A stretch of 64,000 nucleotides of DNA from a virus (taxonomy: Duplodnaviria > Caudoviricetes): IMG/VR virus record IMGVR_UViG_2934543808_000001, positions 32,001 to 96,000 of that record. One strand, given 5' to 3'. The position numbers and the translations under genes are program-made. Positions within the stretch are counted from its first letter, which is position 1. Each line of letters opens with the position of its first letter. Positions 57,184 through 64,000 of this stretch are shown here, one piece after another. Below the pieces are notes generated by a model. The model had not been told where the DNA came from. It saw nothing but the letters and a program-made list of their open reading frames with translations, and searched no databases.

Positions 57184-60100
57184 ACGCACCTCCGCGGCGG
57201 ATGCGGCGCAGCTCGAACAGCGCGTCGCCAAGGGCTTCGCTTGGGGACATCGGGGCTCCGGTCATCGTGAGGTTGAGGTCGCCGCCGACGAGCGAGGTGT
57301 TCCCCGTGGGAACAGCGCTCCGCGGGGCGGTGGTGGAGGTGCTGGCGCGGTGCATGGAGACGGCGCCGTTCGCGAAGGCGCTGAGGGCCCCTTGGCCGGG
57401 GTAGACGACCATGCCGCCGAACATCCGGGCGACCTCATCGAGGATCATCTTGCTGCGCTTGCGCTTGGCTTTGGCCAAAGGCAGGTAAGCCTCGCCCCCG
57501 GTCTCGTCCTCCGCCCATATGCGCCATTCGCCCGCCTTTGCGATCTGGGCGACGTGGCGTTCGGTGCCGTTGGCGAAGGCGCGGATGCGGCTGCCCGCTG
57601 CGCGGATGCCGCCCTCGGCGTAGCGGAGGATGCCGCCGTTCGCCTGCGGGCGGCCGACCACGGACGGCTTGCCGGACTCCGAGTACTGGACGGTGACGTG
57701 CACCGTCTTGCCCGTGAGCCCGTTGATCTTCTCCTGGATGCGCTGGACCTGGGCCAGAGGTGTGGCGTTGGGGGCGGTGATCTCGATCTTCTTGCCCTTG
57801 AGCACCTTGACCTCGTAGCCGAGATCCTTCAGCTCCTCCTGGGCCAGCTTCGTCGGCGCCTCCATCTTGAGCTTCTTGCCGGCGGGGAGACCGGCCACCT
57901 TGTCGCGCACGCCGGTCAGGTCCGTGACGGCCTGCTTGACGAGGGTCTGGACGGTGACCTTCTTGTTCCCGGGCGTGGCCGCCAGGTCGCTGACGAGCGC
58001 GCCCAGGCTGGCCCTGGCCGTGCCGGTCGGCGCGGAGATGCTGACCTGCTTGCCGCCGGGCAGCTTGGTCACCTCGAACCCGAGGTTCTGCAACGCCGTG
58101 ATGGCGGCGGCCGTCGGGGTCTTGACGGTGATCGTCTTGTTCGGGGGCAGGGCGAGGAGCTTGGTGGACAGGCTGAGGATGTCGGCCGTCACCTTCTCCA
58201 TGCCGTTCGCCTGGAGCAGCACGGACACGGAGGACGGGATCAGGCCCATCTGGTTGGCGAGGCCGGCGGCCTGGTCCTTGGTCAGGCCGAGGTCGGTGCC
58301 GTACTTGATCGCCGCATCGCGTGCCTTCTGCACTTCGCCCTCCGCCATCTTCATGGCCTCGGGCAGGCTGATCTGGTGCTGCTTGGCCATCTCGAAGGCG
58401 GCGTTGGCCGCGTCGAGGCTGGAGTCCCGCAGCTCGGTGATGTGCTGGTTGTAGTCCTGGCCGGCGCGGGTGACGGTCCGCAGGCTGCCGTCCTGGTTGA
58501 TCAGCTCCTTGTTGGCGTCCTTCAGTTCCTTCGTGTTGTTGGCGATGGCGTCGTTGACCGACAGGACGGCCGCGTTGACCCGGGTCTGCGCGTCGTGGAA
58601 GGACTGCGTGCCGCCGGTCAGCTCGTCCAGGGCCCGCTTCAGGCCGTCGACCCGCGAGTCGGCGGTGGCGGTCGCGCTCGACATGCCTTCCACCGCGGTC
58701 TTCAGCCGGGTGAAGGAGTCGGTGCCCTTGTTGCCGCTGGTGTTGGTGGCGTCCGCGAACTCCTTGTACTTCTGCTTGCCCTTCTCCAGCTCGCCGCTCA
58801 TGCCCGACAGGGCGTCGGCGGCGGCCTTGTACTCCTTGCCCTTGTCGGTCATGACCTGCTTGCTCGCCTTGCCGCCGGCGACGTCCTCCCAGTGGAGGGT
58901 GGCGTCGGCGGCGTCGCGGAGCTGCTTCTCCAGCTTCTCCAGGCCGTCGCCGTCGTCCAGGTAGGCGTCGGTCAACTGCCGGAGGTTGATGCCCGCGTCG
59001 CGCATCGCGTCCACGAGCTTGCCCTTGCCGTCGGCGAGGTCGGCGTCCTGGAGGAGCTGCGCGGCCTGCGCCCTGACATTGGCGTCGATCGCGCCGTTGG
59101 AGTCCCGCAGGGCGGTCGCGAGGGAGCTGATGCGCTCCTTGTGGGCCTCGGTCGCGCGCGCGGCCTTCTCCTGGCTGTTCGCCCACAGGCCGATGAGGAT
59201 GGTGCCCGCGGTGATCGCTGCTGCCCACGGGCCGCCGAGGGCGGTGACCATGCCGCCGAGGGCCGTCTTGAGGCCGCCGCCCGCGACGCGGATGGCGCCC
59301 ATGGACCCGGACAGCCGCCGGCCGTCGGCCGCCGCGGTGCGGTAGGTCGAGCCCATCCGCTGCCACATCGTGGTCTGCGTGGCGACGCCCGCCGCGCTGG
59401 TGGTCGAGACGGTGCCCACTTGGCGGATCGACCCGACGAGGCCCTGCACGCCGCGCGAGATGCTGGTGGCGACCCTCAGCATGAGCAGGCCGCCGAGGAA
59501 GGCGCCCAGGGCGAAGCTGGCTCCGGGGATCACGTTCATGATCCCGTTGAAGATGTTCAGCAGCCCGTTCAGCGCCTGGAGGAGCGCGCCGAGACCGAGC
59601 CCGGCCGAGGACAGGGACGCGATGGCGCTGGCGATGTTGGAGATCAGGCCGATGACGGCCGGTCCGACCGAGCCGCCGATGGAGTCGAGGAAGGCGCCGA
59701 CCGCCGGCATCAGCTCCGTACGGATCTGGCGGACCAGGTCCGTGACGCCGCTGTCGGTGGCCATGCGGCCGAGGCCGCGCACCAAGTCCCCGACGAGCGC
59801 GTTGAGCTCGTGGAAGGTGGGGGCTGCGTCGCTGAAGAACTTCTTCATCGACTTCTGGCCCTCGCCCGAGTTCGCCCAGCGGTTGAACCGCTGCATGGCG
59901 CCTTCGAGGCCGTCGAGGAGGGCGTTGCCGGAGTCCATCCCGGCGCGGGCCACGCCCGCGATGCCCTTGCCGAGTTCGAGGGTTGTGCGGCCGAGCTGCT
60001 TGGCCTTGTCGGCGGCGTGGTCGAGGAATTTGCCGAGAGAGCCGGTCTCGCGCCCGGCCTGCGCGGACGCGCGAACCCAGAGAGTGAACCTTTCTCCGGC

Positions 60101-61198
60101 CTCGGCGACGCGCTCCACGAACGGCCCGCTCGCCACGAGGAAGTGCCCGGCCGCCGCCGCGAGGTTGGCGACGCCGTCCGTGACGTTGCCGATGACCTTG
60201 CTGTTGGACGCGGCGACCGTCTTGAAGTCCTTGGCGAACGGGCCGCTCTGCATGGCGTCCGCGCCGCGCTTCGCGAGGTTGCCCATCTGCCCGGCGGCGT
60301 CGCCGAGGGCGCCCTTCAGCAGCGGCAGGACCGCCGACGACAGGGGCTTGATCTCGTCGGAGATCTTCGAGAAGAAGCGTTCCTGCACGGACTGCTTCAT
60401 CGAGCGCCACTCGCCGCTCAGGCTCGCGACGGTCTTCACCGTGGCGCGTGCGGACGTGGAGAGCCCCTTCAGGGACTCGTCCAGCGCCTTCTGCTGGGCC
60501 TCGGTGAGCTTGGTGCCGGCGGCGAGCTGCTGCTGCGCCTTGAGGGTCTGCTTCAGGGCCTCGCCGAAGCCACCGAAGGCGACCTTGGTGGCGATGGCCG
60601 CGGTACCGCCCGCGAGGATCAGGCCGGGGATGGCGCCCAGGACACCGACGGCGGGCGCCGCGGCGGACACCAGGGCGGTGAGCGCGGCGCCGTACTGGGT
60701 GATGGCGGCGATGGCGGGCTGCGCGACCGAGACGAGCGCGCCCATCGCGAGCATGCGCAACTTGCCGCGCCCGCCCCGGCCGCCGCCCATGCTGAACTGG
60801 AACGGGACGTTGACGGGCTGGGCGTCGGCTTCGTCCTGCGCCCCGCGCAGCAGCCGGCGGATGCGGCCGAGCAGCCCGCCGCCGGTGTCGCCTTCGTCGT
60901 CCGGCCGTACGGGTACGCGGACGTCGCTGTCGGCGACGCGGCGGGCGACTTCGTCCAACTCCCCGCGCAGGCCGTCGCGGTCGACGCGGACGTTGACCGT
61001 GGCGGTGACGCCCTTGGATGCCTTCTCGACGGCCTTCTTCAGGCGCTTCCGCAGGCCCTTGTCGTCGATCTCGACCTTGACCTTGGCGGCCAGGCCCTCG
61101 GCGGCGGCTTCGACCTTGGTCCGCAGCTCGGCCGCGAAGCCGTCGAGCACCGAGACGACCGTGACCTCAAGGCGGCCGGCCTGCAACCCCTCAGCCAT
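57170..61198 (-). CDS. Tape measure protein
   Basis: 1342 aa, Ala/Gly/Leu helical; WAEDETGGEAYLPL motif. Confidence 0.9.
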   Translation of the reverse strand: MAEGLQAGRLEVTVVSVLDGFAAELRTKVEAAAEGLAAKVKVEIDDKGLRKRLKKAVEKASKGVTATVNVRVDRDGLRGELDEVARRVADSDVRVPVRPDDEGDTGGGLLGRIRRLLRGAQDEADAQPVNVPFQFSMGGGRGGRGKLRMLAMGALVSVAQPAIAAITQYGAALTALVSAAAPAVGVLGAIPGLILAGGTAAIATKVAFGGFGEALKQTLKAQQQLAAGTKLTEAQQKALDESLKGLSTSARATVKTVASLSGEWRSMKQSVQERFFSKISDEIKPLSSAVLPLLKGALGDAAGQMGNLAKRGADAMQSGPFAKDFKTVAASNSKVIGNVTDGVANLAAAAGHFLVASGPFVERVAEAGERFTLWVRASAQAGRETGSLGKFLDHAADKAKQLGRTTLELGKGIAGVARAGMDSGNALLDGLEGAMQRFNRWANSGEGQKSMKKFFSDAAPTFHELNALVGDLVRGLGRMATDSGVTDLVRQIRTELMPAVGAFLDSIGGSVGPAVIGLISNIASAIASLSSAGLGLGALLQALNGLLNIFNGIMNVIPGASFALGAFLGGLLMLRVATSISRGVQGLVGSIRQVGTVSTTSAAGVATQTTMWQRMGSTYRTAAADGRRLSGSMGAIRVAGGGLKTALGGMVTALGGPWAAAITAGTILIGLWANSQEKAARATEAHKERISSLATALRDSNGAIDANVRAQAAQLLQDADLADGKGKLVDAMRDAGINLRQLTDAYLDDGDGLEKLEKQLRDAADATLHWEDVAGGKASKQVMTDKGKEYKAAADALSGMSGELEKGKQKYKEFADATNTSGNKGTDSFTRLKTAVEGMSSATATADSRVDGLKRALDELTGGTQSFHDAQTRVNAAVLSVNDAIANNTKELKDANKELINQDGSLRTVTRAGQDYNQHITELRDSSLDAANAAFEMAKQHQISLPEAMKMAEGEVQKARDAAIKYGTDLGLTKDQAAGLANQMGLIPSSVSVLLQANGMEKVTADILSLSTKLLALPPNKTITVKTPTAAAITALQNLGFEVTKLPGGKQVSISAPTGTARASLGALVSDLAATPGNKKVTVQTLVKQAVTDLTGVRDKVAGLPAGKKLKMEAPTKLAQEELKDLGYEVKVLKGKKIEITAPNATPLAQVQRIQEKINGLTGKTVHVTVQYSESGKPSVVGRPQANGGILRYAEGGIRAAGSRIRAFANGTERHVAQIAKAGEWRIWAEDETGGEAYLPLAKAKRKRSKMILDEVARMFGGMVVYPGQGALSAFANGAVSMHRASTSTTAPRSAVPTGNTSLVGGDLNLTMTGAPMSPSEALGDALFELRRIRRGGAYAAG
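57298..57314. repeat. parS-like palindrome inside the tape-measure CDS
   Basis: TGTTCCCCGTGGGAACA. Confidence 0.65.
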
Positions 61199-61622
61199 TG
61201 GGGCGCACCATTCCTCTCCGGGCGGCAGCCGCGAGCATCTTGCGGTGCCCGTTCATGGGGGCGGGCTGCTGCTGCGCCGGAGCGCTGTTCCCCGTGGGAA
61301 CAGTCGAGTCGGACGGCGTCGGGTAGGGCCGGGCGATCGTCCGGTGCTCCTTGCGGCGCCGGTCGGCGGCGAGCAGCGAGACTTCCTCGATGAGCTGCGC
61401 CAGGAGTTCGGTGTGGACCGTCCAGCCGCCTATGGGGCCGGAGGCGACGCGGGACTCCTCGGGCAGGCCGTCGAGGTACGAGATCAGCCGTCGGAGTCCG
61501 ATGAAGCCGGGCTGTCCTGGGCGGAGCCAGACGCCTCGGGCGTCGAGTCCGTTGTGGAATCGGGAGAGGTCGGACTCGACGTCGCGGAAGCGTTCGCGGA
61601 GGAGGTGCCCGACCTGAAGAGC
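61191..61622 (-). CDS. Tail assembly chaperone -1 frame extension (gpT-like)
   Basis: Open -1 frame after GGGAAAG: ALQVGHLLRERFRDVESDLSRFH..LRRLISYLDGLPEES..RPNG*; its stop overlaps the tape-measure start. Confidence 0.8.
   Translation of the reverse strand, partial: ALQVGHLLRERFRDVESDLSRFHNGLDARGVWLRPGQPGFIGLRRLISYLDGLPEESRVASGPIGGWTVHTELLAQLIEEVSLLAADRRRKEHRTIARPYPTPSDSTVPTGNSAPAQQQPAPMNGHRKMLAAAARRGMVRPNG
61286..61302. repeat. parS-like palindrome inside the chaperone -1 frame
   Basis: TGTTCCCCGTGGGAACA. Confidence 0.65.
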
Positions 61623-62014
61623 TTTCCCAGGTCCACCCCGTAGACCTGGCCGAGGGCCTTCGTGAGGCGGACGTAGTCGGGGATGGACGGCCGTACGGCC
61701 TTGAAGTCCTTGTAGGTGTCCTCGCCGAGGAGTTCCTTGTAGATCTCCTTGACCGCCTCGTAGAACCGGGCGGGGAGCTGCGGGCGCCGGAAGATCAGCT
61801 CCACGATCTCGCCGGTCGTGGTGGTGCCGCTCTCCGCGTTGACGATGTCGCGGAGGATGCCCATGAGGTCCAGCTCGTCGGAGAACAGCGGATCGAGGCA
61901 GTCGGCCGGGATCTCGGCCGGGAAGATGAACTGCTCGCCGCGCAGCTTCACGGGGATGCCGTTCGGGTACTGCACCTCGCGACGCTCGGCGTCGAGGTCA
62001 ATCACGAAACTCAT
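61484..62014 (-). CDS. Tail assembly chaperone (gpG-like)
   Basis: Upstream of tape measure; contains the G GGA AAG slippery site. Confidence 0.8.
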   Translation of the reverse strand: MSFVIDLDAERREVQYPNGIPVKLRGEQFIFPAEIPADCLDPLFSDELDLMGILRDIVNAESGTTTTGEIVELIFRRPQLPARFYEAVKEIYKELLGEDTYKDFKAVRPSIPDYVRLTKALGQVYGVDLGKLFRSGTSSANASATSSPTSPDSTTDSTPEASGSAQDSPASSDSDG

Positions 62015-62071
62015 GGGGTGGTCCTCCCGGGTGGGGTGTCGAAGCCCGGGGAAGGTAGGAGGACCACGCGG

Positions 62072-62084
62072 CTAGCGTCTCGGG
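62072..62084 (-). promoter_or_regulatory. Late-gene box upstream of tail chaperone
   Basis: CCCGAGACGCTAG. Confidence 0.55.
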
Positions 62085-62162
62085 CCGACGGCACGAACAC
62101 GGCCGGACGCCGCGCCGCCGGCCTTTTCCTATCAACCTTGATACCTAGAACCGGCTGGGCGG

Positions 62163-62179
62163 TGTTCCCACGGGGAACG
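62163..62179. repeat. parS-like palindrome upstream of parB
   Basis: TGTTCCCACGGGGAACG. Confidence 0.65.
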
Positions 62180-62275
62180 CCCGGCCGCGTGTTCCTGGCA
62201 TCTGGGCGCAGACCCGGGGGGTCTGGCGGATAGCCTCTATCGCGTTCACATCGTCACGGCATCGCAAGGAGCAGC

Positions 62276-63724
62276 GTGGCCCTGCAAGTAGTCAAACCGA
62301 AGAAGACTGCGGCAAAGCCGCCCAAGTCGGGTGACGACAAGCCCAAGTCCGAGCTGTACAAGCGCGTCCACCAGAACGGGGACGTGATCGAGGTCCCCGT
62401 CGAGGACATCGACGCGAACCCGTTCAACGACCGCGAGATGGTCGACCTGGACCAACTCGCGGAGTCCATCCGCGAGGACGGTCTCCTCAGCCCGGTCACC
62501 CTGATCCGCCGCACGACGTTCGCGGAAGCCCACCCGGATGCGGCTGAAGGGCTGACGAAGGAATGGGTCCTCGGCCCGGGTGAGCACCGGTGGCGAGCGT
62601 CGATGCTCGCGGAGCAGCGGACGATTCGCGGCATCCTCCGCGACGACCTGGCGCCGAAGATCCGCGGCATCCTCCTGCTGGAGAACGTCTACCGGACCGA
62701 CCCCAGCCCCATGGAGAAGGCGCGGCAGATCAACGACGCCATGGAGAAGGACGGTCTGTCGATCCGCGAGGCCGCCCGCATCCTCAAGATGGGCTCCACC
62801 AGCGTCCACAAGCTGACCGAGCTGCTGAAGCTGCCTGCCGACGCGGCCGAAGCCGTGCACCGGGGCACGCTGGTTCCCACGCACGCCCGGAAGCTGCTGA
62901 CGCTGGACGACCCGCAGTCGGTGAGCCGGGCCTACCAGCTCATGGAGCAGCGCGGGTTGAAGGTGGACGAAGCGGTCCGCCTGGTCCTCGCCGGGGCGGA
63001 TGCCGGGAACGACGAGGCCGAGGACGAGACCGCGCCTTCCGAGGAGCCCTCCGCCTCCGGAGGTTCGGAGTTGGAGCCGGCAGGCGGCGGAGTCCCAGCG
63101 CAGACCCGGGTCGAGACCACCGAAGAGGAACCGGCACCGGACGCGCCGGAGAACGAGGACCAGCCCGAGGGCGAGGACGAAGCCGAGGAGAAGACCGAGC
63201 CGGCCGCCGCGCCGAGGCCACCAGCCGTCCGCAAGTCCCCGAAGGCAACGGCGACCACCGACCCGTACGCGGCCGAGCGGGACACCGCGTCGGCCGACCG
63301 GGATGCCGCCTGCTGGTCCCTCCTCCAGCGTGACGTCTACGCGACAGCCGATCAGGTCGCCGGCACGATGGCCCGTGCTCTGCTCGTGCCCTTCAAGCAG
63401 GAGGCCGCGCGGGCGAAGGCGCACGTCTGGCTGCGGAAGGCCAACAAGCTCAGTTTCGACGTGAGCAACGCCGACGCGTACCACCAGGCGGTACTCTCCT
63501 CGCGCGATCCGGAGCTGATCGCCCGCGTCACGTTCGCCACCGCACTCGCCGCGAGCGAGATCCGCGCAGCCGACCGCCGCCGTCGCACCTGGGACCAGCA
63601 CGACGCCGCCCACGTCCAACTCCTCATCGAGAGCACCGGCTACGTCCCGGAGACGGACTGGGAAATGCGAGAGCTGACCCGGCACAACGTGTCCGTCCCC
63701 GAGAAGCAGCCCACCGAAGGCTGA
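62276..63724 (+). CDS. parB: ParB/RepB/Spo0J partition protein
   Basis: NPFNDR..LAESIREDGLLSPV..GEHRWRAS..LLENVYR-x-D; HTH SIREAARIL. Confidence 0.9.
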   Translation: MALQVVKPKKTAAKPPKSGDDKPKSELYKRVHQNGDVIEVPVEDIDANPFNDREMVDLDQLAESIREDGLLSPVTLIRRTTFAEAHPDAAEGLTKEWVLGPGEHRWRASMLAEQRTIRGILRDDLAPKIRGILLLENVYRTDPSPMEKARQINDAMEKDGLSIREAARILKMGSTSVHKLTELLKLPADAAEAVHRGTLVPTHARKLLTLDDPQSVSRAYQLMEQRGLKVDEAVRLVLAGADAGNDEAEDETAPSEEPSASGGSELEPAGGGVPAQTRVETTEEEPAPDAPENEDQPEGEDEAEEKTEPAAAPRPPAVRKSPKATATTDPYAAERDTASADRDAACWSLLQRDVYATADQVAGTMARALLVPFKQEAARAKAHVWLRKANKLSFDVSNADAYHQAVLSSRDPELIARVTFATALAASEIRAADRRRRTWDQHDAAHVQLLIESTGYVPETDWEMRELTRHNVSVPEKQPTEG

Positions 63725-63760
63725 GCCCCCTCGCCCTCCCGATCTACCCGGAGCACACCA

Positions 63761-64000
63761 ATGAGCACAGCCAAAACCACGCTCGTCACCCATAGGGACC
63801 TGCGGCCCCGCGGGCGCCTCCACCCCCTGATCCTGGCGATGGTCCTCGCCGCAGGCGGGACGGCCAAGACCAGTACGACGACCATCCTCGGGACGATCCT
63901 CGCGCTCCGCGGGTACATCGTCCGCATCTTCGACCTGGACCCCCAGTGCAACACCTCGGAGATCCTGGGTCGCCGCGAGGAGCACAAGGAGCCGGACCAG
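63761..64000 (+). CDS. parA: ParA-family ATPase (runs off the window)
   Basis: AGGTAKTSTT..LALRGY-x-V-x-x-FDLDPQCN. Confidence 0.8.
   Translation, partial: MSTAKTTLVTHRDLRPRGRLHPLILAMVLAAGGTAKTSTTTILGTILALRGYIVRIFDLDPQCNTSEILGRREEHKEPDQ

Larger units (their letters stand above)
1..64000. mobile_element. Part of a temperate actinophage / phage-plasmid (ends not in window)
   Basis: Tail, lysis, WhiB, ERF, SSB and sigma genes co-occur with ParB/ParA, parS-like sites and a Rep-like gene. No housekeeping genes and no integrase were seen. Confidence 0.85.

Noticed and set aside
61239-61251. Possible late box upstream of tape measure
   Set aside because: Poor match, and it lies inside the frameshifted chaperone coding frame.
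57095-61643. Very long + strand ORFs (1432 aa, 757 aa) and similar ORFs such as 3369-5450
   Set aside because: Antisense shadows of real genes, typical of high-GC codon bias.
20631-62180. GTGTTCCCCG resembles the start of type I-E CRISPR repeats
   Set aside because: Copies are isolated 17-bp palindromes, mostly kilobases apart, with no repeat-spacer periodicity and no cas genes.

Overview
High-GC actinomycete (Streptomyces-like) DNA that reads as part of a large temperate phage-plasmid. From left to right: (1) about 35 small, mostly uncharacterised genes diverging from ~13.3 kb; (2) an XRE/ImmA-like/MAB_1171c/Tat-amidase cassette; (3) a Rep-like HTH gene and an ECF sigma factor operon; (4) ssb, endolysin and a small-terminase-like gene; (5) a WhiB/initiator/DnaC-like/DUF2637/ERF replication-recombination block and a GTAC-iteron region; (6) holin and a siphovirus tail module with a lambda-type GGGAAAG frameshift; (7) parB-parA. 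The most striking signal is non-coding. Nine 5' leaders share a hairpin with freely covarying stems, an almost invariant loop (ACGAGCGA), and a downstream AACGCTCC tail that can pair either with the loop (pseudoknot) or with the Shine-Dalgarno. Eight of the nine sit next to a shared GGAC-N4-TGTACA operator-like box. An orphan structured element at 48.4 kb is antisense to the tail and SD. Separate repeat families are 17-bp parS-like palindromes, a late-gene upstream box, and REP-like hairpins between early genes. All product calls come from motif recognition by eye; no database searches were run.
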